From IMG/VR virus record IMGVR_UViG_3300032218_003260: a stretch of 64,000 bases of DNA. One strand, given 5' to 3'. This document shows positions 34,056 through 44,606 of this stretch, piece by piece. A program made the translations under genes and the position numbers. The notes beneath the pieces were generated by a model. The model ran no database searches, was not told the DNA's origin, and saw only the letters and a program-made list of their open reading frames with translations. The stretch's first letter is position 1. Each line of letters opens with the position of its first letter. This stretch comes from a virus (lineage: Duplodnaviria; Caudoviricetes).

Positions 34056-37000
34056 TTATGTATTTAGTGCTGCACGCACGGCGGCGCGAAGATTTGTGTT
34101 AGTGTTTAATTGCGCAATAAATTCAGTTAAAAACGCCGGCGAGCGCACAATTTCTGCAATATTCAACGTGATATTTCCGTTAATATTTGTCGTATTTACA
34201 GTGATTGTACCGCTGCCGATGTTTGTCGGCGTAAATGTAATTATACCGTTTGCCGGTATGACACCTGTTGCGCCCTGCGGCCCTGTCGGCCCTGTTGCGC
34301 CCATGTTGCCGCACGGCCCGGTAGCGCCGGTATGGCCGACGCCGCTAGCGCCTGTAGCGCCTGTTACACCGGTTGCGCCTCTTGGGCCGACAGGTCCGGT
34401 GGCTCCGCGAGGACCGGTGACGCCAGTCGCGCCTGTTTGGCCGCGCGGGCCTGTCGCACCCTGCGCGCCGTTTGTGCCGGATAAACCAGCTGGGCCAGTT
34501 GCACCAGTTGCGCCGACAGGCCCGGTAACGCCCGTCGCGCCTGTTGCGCCTGTGGCCCCGCGAGGGCCAGTGACGCCGGTTGCGCCAGTGATTCCGCGGG
34601 GTCCGACGGGACCGGTAGCACCCGTAGCGCCGACAGGCCCGGTAACGCCCGTCGCACCAGTTGGACCCGTTGCGCCGACGGGGCCCGTAGCTCCGCGGGG
34701 TCCGGTAGGTCCTGTCGGACCGCTTGGTCCTGTAACGCCGTTAATACCAGAGGCGCCGGTTGCGCCTGTTTGTCCAACTGGACCTGTTGCGCCGCGAGGT
34801 CCTGTGGCACCTGTTGCGCCTTTAGCGCCGGTCGGGCCAGTGGCTCCGCGAGGTCCTGTGGCGCCAGCCGGCCCGGTCGCGCCTGTGGCGCCTTTATCGC
34901 CTTTGTCGCCCTTAACGCCTGTAGCGCCTGTTACGCCCTTAACGCCTGTGGCGCCAGCCGGCCCGGTCGCGCCTGTGGCGCCTTTATCGCCTTTGTCGCC
35001 CTCGTCTCCTTTATCGCCTTTCAACCCCATCGGACCGAATAATCCCATTGGTCCTTGCGGGCCAATTGGACCAGCGTTGCCTATGTCGCCTTTATCGCCT
35101 TTGTCGCCTTGATTGCCTTGATTTCCCTTGTCACCCTTGAGTCCCTGTGGACCAATAATTCCCGGGGCGCCTTGAACGCCGGGAATTCCTTGTATACCTT
35201 GATTTCCTTTTTCACCTTTTTCGCCGCGGTCGCCTTTATCGCCTTTTTCGCCTTTGCTGCCTGTGTCGCCTTGCGGCCCCGGATCACCCTGCGAACCTTG
35301 AGGGCCGGCTGGGCCAGCCGGTCCCTGCGCGCAACTACCTCCGCTGCCACCAGAACCGCCGCTACCAGAGCCGCCGCTACCAGAGTCGCCGCTACCAGAG
35401 TCGCCAGTCGGGCATTCAGTGGTGTTTAATGTTATTGTAATGGCGATATTTTCGCCTGATATGTCGACCGTTCCGCAACCAATACCTTCCGGCAAAATTG
35501 TGACCGAGCCAGTTGTGAGTTTGCATTGCGGAATCCATAAATACGGCGTGAGTTTAAATTTGCAGTCGCCAAGATCCTCGACCATGATCTCTGCGCGACC
35601 CTCGGTCTCGCACGACACCAGCAGAACGCGGCCTTCGCCACCCTCGATTGACGGTTCGCAGTGCGGAACGCCTAAGTCAACATTGATAGTGTAGAAGCAT
35701 TCGGACGGCTCGTCTGTTCCGGTGCCGCCACTAGTGCCGCCACTAGTTTGCGTTGGGGTGACAGAACCAGACCCGTACAACGTAGATGCTTTTTCTACAT
35801 TAACGACGATATCAATTTGCGGACAAGGCGCTGGCGCACACTTTGGAATCCAGATATACGGTGTGATTTTAAATTCACAGAGATCTATCTGTTCAACAAA
35901 AATCTCGGCGCGCGCGTCAATTCCGCAGCCCGTAAGCGCCGTGCCGACGCCGCCAGTAATTTTTGGCATGCACGGCTTCGGTATGCCGATGTGGAGCGGC
36001 AGCGTGACGTCGCAAAAATCCCCGGGTTCAAATTCATTTATGGGCTGGCCGGCATACGCGTACGGTTCTTCTTGCGCGTCCAGTGTTTGCAGCTCAACAA
36101 CCATTGAAACGGTTGTGCACGGCGGTTTTGGAATTTTGATGTCGAGCGCAAAATCTATTTCAAAACAGCACACCGGCGGTTCGTTGGACCCGACGCGCTC
36201 GTCGTATTCAGAGCATTTTGTGATTTCAAAACGAAACTCTGGCTGGATGTCGTAGCCCACCTCGTGCTTGAGTTCTTTAATCCGTAATTCTGTACAAGGC
36301 GGGCGGGGCGTGGGAATGTCAACGTGAATATCAAACAGATAGTTACACGAGCCCGGGTCGTCGCATGTTGGCGGCGTCGGCATTGGGCGAATAACAAAAA
36401 AGCTGGGCGTATTATTTAAACGCCCGCCGGGCCCGTCTTTGTAGTGGCTGTTGACAGTTAAAAACTGCAACAACTCCGGGCAGCGTGGTTGCGGGATCGG
36501 CACGACAATTTCAATTTCAATTTCAAAATCGCACCGCTCTGGTTGGTCGCAGCCGGATGCCGGCGTGACGGTTTTTGTAATTTCAAAGCGGGACTGACCG
36601 CTAACGCAACTTGTGCCGGCAAAGCCTGTTTTGACGTCAAACAGTTTCTTGGTGATTTCAATGCAGGGCGGCGGCGGGATTGGTACGACAATTTCCAGCT
36701 CGATGTCAAAATCGCACTGATCTGGCGTATCGCAATCGCCCGGGGTGACGCGCGAGGTGACGTCAAAACGATTTGATTTATTCTGCACGCATGGCGAATC
36801 ATTAAAACCGGTTAAAACTTCAAACGTTTTAATGTTGATGTTAGGGCACGGCGGTTTTGGAATTGGAATATCGATTGTTAGTTCGATATCAAATTCACAC
36901 GTATCCGGCGTATTGCAATCGCCCGGCGTGACACGCGGAGTGATTTCAAATTTTGAATCGCTAGTCGAACATGTCAGGTCGTCGTAGTGCACCTTGACGT

Positions 37001-38624
37001 CAAAGACAGGTGGATTAATTGACGGGCAGGGGGTGCGCGGAATGGGCACCAAAATTGAGAGGTCAATTTCAAATTCGCACTGGTCTGGTGTGTTGCAGTC
37101 ACCGGGCGTGCGTTTTGATGTTATTTCAAATATCGAACCACCTTGCGCGCACGGCGAGTCGCTGAACCCGGTTGTAACCTCAAATTTTTTAGTGCTGATT
37201 ACTGGGCACGGTGTGCGCGGAATCGGTACGACAATCTCTAGCTCAATATCAAAGACGCATTGATCGGGGTTGTTGCAGTCTCCCGGAACGTGATTGGTGG
37301 TAATTTCAAATGTCGAACCACCTTGCGCGCACGAAGAGTCGCTAAACCCCGTCGTGACTTTGAGCACCGGCGAATTAATAATCGGACACGGCACGCGAGG
37401 AATTGGAATAACAATCTCTAGCTCGATATCAAATTCGCATTGACCGGAACTATTGCAGTCGCCGGGGGTGTGGTTGGTTTTGATCTCAAATTTATTGTCG
37501 CCCGGCAGACACCCGGAATCTCCATACCCGCTTGTAACAGTCAGCTTTGGTTGGTTGATAATTGGACACGGCGCGCGCGGAATAGGTATGACAATTTCAA
37601 GTTCAAAATTGAATTCGCACTGATCGGGGTTGTTGCAGTCTCCCGGAACATTGTTAGTCGTGATTTCAAAACGATTTGTACCAGTGAGGCAGCCGGTATC
37701 GTCATAGCCAGACGACACAGATAATTTTGGCGCGTTAAGAGTTGGGCAGGGCGTACGCGGAATCGGTACAACAATTTCTAGCTCAACGTCAAACTCGCAG
37801 CGGTCGGCGGTATTGCAGTCGCCGGGAGTGTGCCGCGGAGTGATGCTGAAAAAGTTCTGCTTGTCGTCAAGGCATGACGAATCAGAAAACCCACTGTCAA
37901 CAGAAAACTTTGTCAGGTTGATAGTCGGGCACGGCGGCCGCGGAATCGGTATTGCAATTTCTAACTCGACTTCGAAACGACACTGGTCGGCTGTGTCGCA
38001 ATCGCCCGGCGTAATAATTTGCTCAATTGTTAATTTGTTTTGCTTGTCTAGCATGCACGGGGAATCTGAGTACCCCGAGTGCACGCCAAAATCAGTAACG
38101 ATGATTTGAGGACACGGCGGTTTTGGTACTGGTATCTTGAGATCAAGATCAATAACAAACTCGCACTGGTCGGGTGTGGTGCAATCGCCGGGTGTGATGA
38201 TCGGCGTAATCTTAATTTCGCTCAGCGGCGCAATACAATCCTGATAACCAACTTCTAATCCGAACTCGCCGGCTGTAAGCGTCGGGCAAGGTGTGCGCGG
38301 TACCGGCACATTGATATCTAAGGTGACGTCGTAACGGCACGGGTCGATATCTTGTCGCGTGATCTTCAGTTCGTTTTTAGGCGGCGGGCAGCCATCGTCG
38401 CCGGCGTCGCCGACAAAGCTGACGTCAATCGACGTCAAAGTCGAAAAATCAGGGCAGCGGTTGCCAACTTCTGTCGGTGGTTCGCGCGGAATGATCGGCG
38501 CCTGACAGCCGAAGATCGGCGGCGGAAGCGGTTCGATTTCGCAGACTGACGAAATGAAATCGAAATCTACCTTTGGGGTAGGATCGATCGGGCACTGCGA
38601 GTCTTTGAAAAGATTGTCAGGCAT
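34056..38624 (-). CDS. 1522-aa fibre: ~16 Cys-rich ~60-aa repeats + Gly/Ser linker + collagen domain
   Basis: Repeat IP.P..PCP...SG..D..C...FEIT...PGDC...DQCEF..ELEI; start re-called at MPDNLF (TAAC ATG). Confidence 0.85.
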   Translation of the reverse strand: MPDNLFKDSQCPIDPTPKVDFDFISSVCEIEPLPPPIFGCQAPIIPREPPTEVGNRCPDFSTLTSIDVSFVGDAGDDGCPPPKNELKITRQDIDPCRYDVTLDINVPVPRTPCPTLTAGEFGLEVGYQDCIAPLSEIKITPIITPGDCTTPDQCEFVIDLDLKIPVPKPPCPQIIVTDFGVHSGYSDSPCMLDKQNKLTIEQIITPGDCDTADQCRFEVELEIAIPIPRPPCPTINLTKFSVDSGFSDSSCLDDKQNFFSITPRHTPGDCNTADRCEFDVELEIVVPIPRTPCPTLNAPKLSVSSGYDDTGCLTGTNRFEITTNNVPGDCNNPDQCEFNFELEIVIPIPRAPCPIINQPKLTVTSGYGDSGCLPGDNKFEIKTNHTPGDCNSSGQCEFDIELEIVIPIPRVPCPIINSPVLKVTTGFSDSSCAQGGSTFEITTNHVPGDCNNPDQCVFDIELEIVVPIPRTPCPVISTKKFEVTTGFSDSPCAQGGSIFEITSKRTPGDCNTPDQCEFEIDLSILVPIPRTPCPSINPPVFDVKVHYDDLTCSTSDSKFEITPRVTPGDCNTPDTCEFDIELTIDIPIPKPPCPNINIKTFEVLTGFNDSPCVQNKSNRFDVTSRVTPGDCDTPDQCDFDIELEIVVPIPPPPCIEITKKLFDVKTGFAGTSCVSGQSRFEITKTVTPASGCDQPERCDFEIEIEIVVPIPQPRCPELLQFLTVNSHYKDGPGGRLNNTPSFFVIRPMPTPPTCDDPGSCNYLFDIHVDIPTPRPPCTELRIKELKHEVGYDIQPEFRFEITKCSEYDERVGSNEPPVCCFEIDFALDIKIPKPPCTTVSMVVELQTLDAQEEPYAYAGQPINEFEPGDFCDVTLPLHIGIPKPCMPKITGGVGTALTGCGIDARAEIFVEQIDLCEFKITPYIWIPKCAPAPCPQIDIVVNVEKASTLYGSGSVTPTQTSGGTSGGTGTDEPSECFYTINVDLGVPHCEPSIEGGEGRVLLVSCETEGRAEIMVEDLGDCKFKLTPYLWIPQCKLTTGSVTILPEGIGCGTVDISGENIAITITLNTTECPTGDSGSGDSGSGGSGSGGSGGSGGSCAQGPAGPAGPQGSQGDPGPQGDTGSKGEKGDKGDRGEKGEKGNQGIQGIPGVQGAPGIIGPQGLKGDKGNQGNQGDKGDKGDIGNAGPIGPQGPMGLFGPMGLKGDKGDEGDKGDKGATGATGPAGATGVKGVTGATGVKGDKGDKGATGATGPAGATGPRGATGPTGAKGATGATGPRGATGPVGQTGATGASGINGVTGPSGPTGPTGPRGATGPVGATGPTGATGVTGPVGATGATGPVGPRGITGATGVTGPRGATGATGATGVTGPVGATGATGPAGLSGTNGAQGATGPRGQTGATGVTGPRGATGPVGPRGATGVTGATGASGVGHTGATGPCGNMGATGPTGPQGATGVIPANGIITFTPTNIGSGTITVNTTNINGNITLNIAEIVRSPAFLTEFIAQLNTNTNLRAAVRAALNT
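34855..35002. repeat. 58-bp exact direct repeat (34855-34912 and 34945-35002) inside the collagen region
   Basis: Read directly; 90-nt offset. Confidence 0.8.
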
Positions 38625-38625
38625 G

Positions 38626-39858
38626 TTACGTGCAATTAATTTGTGCGTTGGGTTTCTTCTGTACCGTGATCGTTCCATCGTCGATCAGGATGTTGATGCC
38701 CGCGCCGCCAATAATGTTGACATTAGAGCCGCCGACGCCATTGATGGCAGAAATAAGCTCACAACATGCTGGCCCGCCACTTAAAAATTTGTCAATTTGT
38801 TCAATCTCTGTCGGCATTTTTTCTGGAAAATCTTGCCAAGCCGATGCCGGCCAATTTGTGACACCCGCAGGCGGCGAACCATACCACATATAATTAAACG
38901 TTGTGTGCGTTTCTACCCATGTCTTATTGTTCCATGTGTAGTAAATGACATTTTTATGCTGACAAAGTCGTGGAGGTAAAGGGCCGCAAGACGGATTGAC
39001 CGGCGTAGGCTCTGACGCCCAGCCGTACGTGTCGCCGGGCATGGCGCGTCCGCAACCCGGCAGAGTAGAACTGTCAGGTGTCGCGACCACGTCTATGAAC
39101 TGCGTTGCAATTAATTTTTTTGCCCCGGCGTCTTTTGCAAATAACGGAAGTTCACCGCTATTTGAACATAGCTCTGCGCTAGTTGATCCTGCGCCCGCGC
39201 CTTTAGCTGCGGTGACAGACAATTCGTTCGCGCGATCTGTTTGCGTAATTAGGCAGTTATAACCTTCCTTGAATCGAATGTCGCCCTTCATACAGCGCGA
39301 ATTTAACACGATCGGTCGGTTGTCGTTTGTCCCTGTCTGGTCGCACGGCGGAACACGTACGCGGTCGTAGTTACCGACGCTGATTGACCGCAGATACGCC
39401 TTGTTTAAGTTTTGAATGCGCCCCGGTTCAACCTGATAGTCGTTCGGCTGTAACGCCCATACACCGTTAACCGCAGCGTCATTAAACGCGGTTGTCAGCG
39501 CTTCCAACGGGCCAGTCACGAGAAAGCCAGACCAGATCGGCTCTTCGGCGCACGGGTTTTCCGTGTCGACTGCGGACTCACTGTGTTCAAGTGCCCACTC
39601 CCCGGTATCGTGTCGAGTAAAAGAGACTGTAGCCGGCGACGCGTTTGTGCTAAACACAAACTCAAATAAGCTGCCTACTTTTTTTACCGCTGACAGCCAA
39701 ATTGTATGTTCGCTCTCGTCATACCGGGCGTCGAGGCCCATAATGAACCCTGCGTCCAGTACCGCGCTTGTGGGTAGCGGCGGAAGGGTGGCTGGTTTGT
39801 TGTAGATAAACGGATACGCGCGGTATTCGTTATCGTTGTAAAATCCGGGACGAGGCAT
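38626..39858 (-). CDS. Cys-rich tail/baseplate-associated protein, paralogue 1
   Basis: [12 protein letters not shown]...[11 protein letters not shown]. Confidence 0.7.
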   Translation of the reverse strand: MPRPGFYNDNEYRAYPFIYNKPATLPPLPTSAVLDAGFIMGLDARYDESEHTIWLSAVKKVGSLFEFVFSTNASPATVSFTRHDTGEWALEHSESAVDTENPCAEEPIWSGFLVTGPLEALTTAFNDAAVNGVWALQPNDYQVEPGRIQNLNKAYLRSISVGNYDRVRVPPCDQTGTNDNRPIVLNSRCMKGDIRFKEGYNCLITQTDRANELSVTAAKGAGAGSTSAELCSNSGELPLFAKDAGAKKLIATQFIDVVATPDSSTLPGCGRAMPGDTYGWASEPTPVNPSCGPLPPRLCQHKNVIYYTWNNKTWVETHTTFNYMWYGSPPAGVTNWPASAWQDFPEKMPTEIEQIDKFLSGGPACCELISAINGVGGSNVNIIGGAGINILIDDGTITVQKKPNAQINCT

Positions 39859-40634
39859 TAGACAACACTCCTGCCAACAGTATCAACAACAATTGTCTCG
39901 CCGTCAGCGTAAATTCGCAACACAGCGTCGGCGACTGCTTGATTTGTTGCTGTAAACGTGAAATTACCAAAATCATCAGGACCGCAGCCGTTGATTGTTT
40001 TTAGATATCGCTTGTTCGGAAAATCGTCGCTTTGTGGTTCGCAGAGGAACCGGCGAAACAGCGGCACACCCACGATGTCGACACGAATAACGCCCGGCCC
40101 GTCTTGGCGCAGCACAACACCCTGATCGCCGACTAACCAGATATCGCCGGTCAGGAATTGTTTTGTCTCAGGCCGCGCGGCTCGAACGCCCGGCTCGTTT
40201 GCGGGGATAGAGACGCTGCTTACAAATTCTGTCTGATCGATTTCAAACGTATACGTGCCGGCACCCCAGCCAGAAAAGCGCGCAAGCCCCGTATTTGTCG
40301 AGAGCAGCATTCCGGCTGGGCGACCGTATTGATCCGCAAACAGCAGTACGCCGTCTGCCGGCGGACTCAGCGGATTGTACGATGCCGACACGCGTGTGCT
40401 CAGCTCTTCATCGCCTACGTTTATTGTGACGCTTTGTGGCGCTACGACGATCGAAGATATGTAAACGCGTTGATACCCACCAATAATGAAAAACGACGCG
40501 TCAATAAACGTGTCTGGTGCGATTGAAATGTTTTCTGTAGTTTCGCTTTGCAGCCCGGCCGAGTCTGCAAACGGATACCGCGACGCTTCTTGCTCGTCGC
40601 GAAACTCTGGAAATAGAATTCGTGCGCCTGACAT
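39858..40634 (-). CDS. tail/baseplate-associated protein, paralogue 2
   Basis: FRDEQEASRYPFAD...LKTINGCGPDDFGNF. Confidence 0.7.
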   Translation of the reverse strand: MSGARILFPEFRDEQEASRYPFADSAGLQSETTENISIAPDTFIDASFFIIGGYQRVYISSIVVAPQSVTINVGDEELSTRVSASYNPLSPPADGVLLFADQYGRPAGMLLSTNTGLARFSGWGAGTYTFEIDQTEFVSSVSIPANEPGVRAARPETKQFLTGDIWLVGDQGVVLRQDGPGVIRVDIVGVPLFRRFLCEPQSDDFPNKRYLKTINGCGPDDFGNFTFTATNQAVADAVLRIYADGETIVVDTVGRSVV

Positions 40635-42364
40635 TATTGCACCACAAACTTGTTAAAAAACGTAGACGCTTGATTAGTAAATAAACCAATAGACCCGGTC
40701 ACTTCGCCCGGGTTGTTGATACTGGTTGTGCCGCTCACCGGATGTGAGCCATTCAGCTCGGAGACGGAAAAAGAAACAGACAAGCTGCTGCCGTTCAACG
40801 ACAGGCTTGCGTACATCCGGTACCAAATGTTTACTTTTGCGCTGTAATTGACTGACAACTCGTCGACAAATATGTCACCGTTGTACCGCAGTACACGCAC
40901 CTTGCCGCGCGTCCCGTCGACGATAACGACAACATATCTTGTTACAACTTGACCCAGTTCCAGCGTCTGCATGTAGTTCAACACAAGGCCGCCGTTTCTG
41001 GCTGCTCCGTTTGTGCCTAGTTTGAACTCGGTCATGATCGAGCGATTTAGCGCCCAGTCAGTTGCGCAGTTTTTAAGCACGGCGATATTCGTACCGCCGA
41101 TGCCGATAGACAGATACGTGCCGTGATTTGTTAATGCCGCGCCAAGCTCCGGGTCAAACTCGCCCGGTGCGCAGTTTCCGCAAATCGGCGGGGCAAGTGT
41201 TTCTTGCGGCGAGAACGAACCCGCTTTAGTAACAAAATACGCGTTCGGCTGACACGAGCCAAAATCAACGCAAAGCGGCAGCGGCATGCACGCGTAGTCA
41301 GGCGGATCTAGCGTCTCGTCTACAACCAGATCAATTGCCGTTGTCGGATCTGGCCAGCAATATTCGTCAATTACGATATCTGTCTCGACGTAATTTGAGT
41401 CATCCCATCGATACACCTTATTGGTATCAAAAGCTAAATACAGTTTGTCTAGTTCACCGGCTGGCGGAAATGACGCGCGATTTGCATACACCGTGATGTT
41501 TTCGCCGGTTGGCGCACAGCACAAGTCTTTAAATTCTTGCGGTGGTTTTGGTTTATTTGCGTCACATATAGCACCTAATCCAACATCCGTAACAATATCG
41601 GCGCCGCCGCAGCCGGCAAAATTTACCGCTGTAAAACCATCAAACACAATGTCGATGTTTCCATCGCAATCAGGCGCGACGCCGTTGATTGTTTCAATGG
41701 GCGTCTTTGGGCACGTGCCGCTTTCTGGACGCTGCGCGCACGGACCCAAAAATGTAGCCAGCGGGTTATAGTCGCCGGTCACAAGCGCGGTATCTAAGCG
41801 AAAGACAATCGCTGGGTACTCGACAGAGTCGTATTGAATCGTTTCGTACTTTGCCGTAACAGGCGAAGCGCCGATGACGTTTACTACTCCCTGCAGCGAA
41901 GTGCTCAAATTAATCTTGCCAATCGTGGGGATAGGTAGCGGGCGATACGGGCGCGCGTTTCTCGGTTGCACAAGTGTTTGTCGCGCTGCGCTGTATCGGC
42001 CGACAAATGGTGTATCTACACCGGGGCCGAACACCACCCACCCAGAGACGCCAGACGTCATAGCGGTCACAGGATAATTTACGTACGGCGCGACAGGTTG
42101 CGGAACTGACACGGCGCACACGGTCTGCCCGCTTGAATCAATCTCTGTCGCCGCGCCGAATAAGATTGTGACAATACCGGCGGATACCGTCATTCCCTGA
42201 ACGTATAAATACTCGCCCAGCGTTGAAGAAAACCGAATATGGCAATCAACCAGAATGTCTTCGCGAATAAACGAACCTAGATCGTCGACACCCGTTGAAA
42301 TATCGTCGAGCGGGTACCGGCGCGTGGACTGCAGGTTGTACCAATTTTGATTGCGAATAGGCAT
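40634..42364 (-). CDS. tail/baseplate-associated protein, paralogue 3, with C-terminal ConA-like lectin domain (candidate receptor binding)
   Basis: WYNLQSTRRYPLDD...IETINGVAPDCDGNI; C-terminus NGGLVLNY...WYRM...GSIGLF...FNKFVV. Confidence 0.65.
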   Translation of the reverse strand: MPIRNQNWYNLQSTRRYPLDDISTGVDDLGSFIREDILVDCHIRFSSTLGEYLYVQGMTVSAGIVTILFGAATEIDSSGQTVCAVSVPQPVAPYVNYPVTAMTSGVSGWVVFGPGVDTPFVGRYSAARQTLVQPRNARPYRPLPIPTIGKINLSTSLQGVVNVIGASPVTAKYETIQYDSVEYPAIVFRLDTALVTGDYNPLATFLGPCAQRPESGTCPKTPIETINGVAPDCDGNIDIVFDGFTAVNFAGCGGADIVTDVGLGAICDANKPKPPQEFKDLCCAPTGENITVYANRASFPPAGELDKLYLAFDTNKVYRWDDSNYVETDIVIDEYCWPDPTTAIDLVVDETLDPPDYACMPLPLCVDFGSCQPNAYFVTKAGSFSPQETLAPPICGNCAPGEFDPELGAALTNHGTYLSIGIGGTNIAVLKNCATDWALNRSIMTEFKLGTNGAARNGGLVLNYMQTLELGQVVTRYVVVIVDGTRGKVRVLRYNGDIFVDELSVNYSAKVNIWYRMYASLSLNGSSLSVSFSVSELNGSHPVSGTTSINNPGEVTGSIGLFTNQASTFFNKFVVQ

Positions 42365-42367
42365 GGT

Positions 42368-44569
42368 TTAACACGGCGCCTCTGTTTTGCCTTCTGCGTT
42401 GCAATGCAGCGTTTGCGCAGTTTCAGCAAGAGCTGGTAGCGGCGGTAATCCGTCGTCTAGGTTGTTGCCGCAATTTGTCAAAATAGGTTGGGTGCTGCTC
42501 AGATATGTTCCTGTGAGTGTTCCGGTGATTACATACGGCCCGCGGGCACGCGTGTATTCTGGCTCTGGAGATGTCGGGTCATATTGGTTAAATTTGACGC
42601 GGAATTGCACGTACGCCGAATCGCCGGGTTTGATTTGCGGAAACGCAGCAGAATACTGAAAACCGCCGCCGCTAACAGTTATGCCGACAGCGGCGCCACG
42701 AATCCCCGGCGCATACATCGATGTGTGGCCGCATTCTAATTCTGGGCGAATGGCAACAGATGTCTGCGTCTCTGGGTTAGCTACGACTAGGTCACCGCTG
42801 ACAGAAAGATTTACAGTCAACCGCGTCGGCTCCGTGCACTTGTCGCACGGGTTACACAGCATCATCACGATATCTAAATACGCGCAACGCTGCGGCACCA
42901 TGAACAACCGCAGCGGACGTTGCACGCTACACGATCGTTGATCGAGCCAACGCGCAATATTGTTTTCATGTTCAGTGCGCACGTTTTCTGCGCGCTGTCC
43001 GATTAATTTGTAGCGGTAACTTGTTTCGTTCATGTACTTGGCGGTATTTGCGTAATCGTCGCAACCGCAGCATGGAGCGCAATCTGCGCCAACTTGCTGG
43101 TGCGCAGTAGTAGATGGGTTTACGGGGTGCGGCGCAGCAACGCCGACTGTCACGGGCCGGCGGACCCATAGGCAGTCAGTCGCGCCAAGTCTGAAGTCAC
43201 CGTTCTCGGCAGTGACGCCGTTAATTTTAGTAATTGGCACCGCAACACCGCCGGGGCAGTTGCCGTATCGGCCCAGCCCTGTACCGGCCACAGCGCTAAA
43301 ATTGACGCTTGTGATATTACGAAAGTTTTTTACGGCAGCGGGCGTTGTCGTAATTTCGGTGTTGTATCCGTTTCCAAATGTGAACGCGCCAGAGTATCGC
43401 GGCGATGTTGTCTGCCCGTTCCGCACGCGTAATGTCAGCAGTCTTTTTGGTATTTTATAGACAGCGCGTTCATCTAATATTGCGCGCGCTGGCGTTAAAT
43501 AAAGATCGTAACTGCGCTCTGTGTCGTCGTCTGTTATCCCGTTGTCATCATCCGGCCATTTTTTATACGCAATCAAACTGCATACGGTATTTTTTCTTTG
43601 CCATCTAACGGCTGTGTACACATGGTTTGAGTCAATAACATGACAAATCGTCGACGAGTCTGCGCTTGTATCTAAAATTATGCGATCATTGGCGTCGACA
43701 ACAACAATATCGGCTTGATTTACAGGTTGCGGAAAATCTGCTGCGGGTTGGTTACTTTGACAACCAAAACCGTATAAGTGTTTTATGCGCAATGGATGCT
43801 GCGCGGGCGGAACAGTGGCGTCGTATTCACCAGCGTCGTCGTAACTGAGATAAAAATCTGCAATTAAATACTTTATATCTTGAGATGGATAAACCAGCGG
43901 GTAATCTAATCCGCTTTGCGGTTGCACAACGCCAATACCACGGCGTGCGCGAGCGTCAAATGCAAAATTTTTATACGCCGCAATTGCGGCTTGCAACGCG
44001 GCGGCGGTGCGGGCGACAGCGGCTATGCGCACCGGTAATAATGCGGTGTGCGTAGCAATATCGGCTTCGATGTAACTTTGTTCGTTTTGCATGGCCGTAA
44101 TTTTTGCTTGCTGTGCGCTTATAGCGTCAAGCACCCACTGCGGCACCGGCTCTGCAGGATCTTTTTGTCCGAAACTTGTCGCAAGTTTGTTGAGCGCGAT
44201 TAATTGGTCAATCAAAGCCATAATAAATGCAGCAATCAGTTGCGCTCTAATCCCCAACGCCTGCAAGGCTTTTTCGCTAATTTCTTTTTCGGCGACGGCA
44301 AACTCGTACTCAAGTTGCCGAATAGTTTTAATAACAATAAAGCGACGCAATTGTTTGCAATAACGCTCCATTGCGTATAGAAGCGGCGCGCCAAGATCTA
44401 ACGCAGCGAGTCGGTTATTTAACGCCGTAAGTTCTGCGTTTAAACTAGCGATCTCGGCAGCACGTAATTCGTTTGCCTGTTCGCGTGCGAGTATTTCTTG
44501 CTCTAATACCGCAACTTCAGCGTTACCGGCGAGATATTCGTTTGTGTATTGATAACTAAATGCGCTCAT
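42368..44569 (-). CDS. tail/baseplate-associated protein, paralogue 4, with N-terminal coiled coil
   Basis: ~205-aa heptad-rich N-terminus, then LDYPLV...ITKINGVTAENGDF...CAPCCGC. Confidence 0.65.
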   Translation of the reverse strand: MSAFSYQYTNEYLAGNAEVAVLEQEILAREQANELRAAEIASLNAELTALNNRLAALDLGAPLLYAMERYCKQLRRFIVIKTIRQLEYEFAVAEKEISEKALQALGIRAQLIAAFIMALIDQLIALNKLATSFGQKDPAEPVPQWVLDAISAQQAKITAMQNEQSYIEADIATHTALLPVRIAAVARTAAALQAAIAAYKNFAFDARARRGIGVVQPQSGLDYPLVYPSQDIKYLIADFYLSYDDAGEYDATVPPAQHPLRIKHLYGFGCQSNQPAADFPQPVNQADIVVVDANDRIILDTSADSSTICHVIDSNHVYTAVRWQRKNTVCSLIAYKKWPDDDNGITDDDTERSYDLYLTPARAILDERAVYKIPKRLLTLRVRNGQTTSPRYSGAFTFGNGYNTEITTTPAAVKNFRNITSVNFSAVAGTGLGRYGNCPGGVAVPITKINGVTAENGDFRLGATDCLWVRRPVTVGVAAPHPVNPSTTAHQQVGADCAPCCGCDDYANTAKYMNETSYRYKLIGQRAENVRTEHENNIARWLDQRSCSVQRPLRLFMVPQRCAYLDIVMMLCNPCDKCTEPTRLTVNLSVSGDLVVANPETQTSVAIRPELECGHTSMYAPGIRGAAVGITVSGGGFQYSAAFPQIKPGDSAYVQFRVKFNQYDPTSPEPEYTRARGPYVITGTLTGTYLSSTQPILTNCGNNLDDGLPPLPALAETAQTLHCNAEGKTEAPC

Positions 44570-44606
44570 ACTGCGTCTATCCGTTGTTGTTCGCGCTGCT
44601 AATTAT

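Noticed and set aside
32922-34343. 65-bp shared block as a DGR template/variable repeat pair
   Set aside because: The copies are identical with no adenine-specific mismatches, and no reverse transcriptase is in the window.
33194-35112. Long plus-strand ORFs (33194-33985, 33276-33701, 34096-35112)
   Set aside because: Antisense shadows of Gly-X-Y codon periodicity.
36400-38320. ~180-nt periodic repeats as a CRISPR array
   Set aside because: The repeats are in-frame, degenerate at synonymous sites and encode the 60-aa protein repeat; there are no identical repeats with unique spacers and no cas genes.
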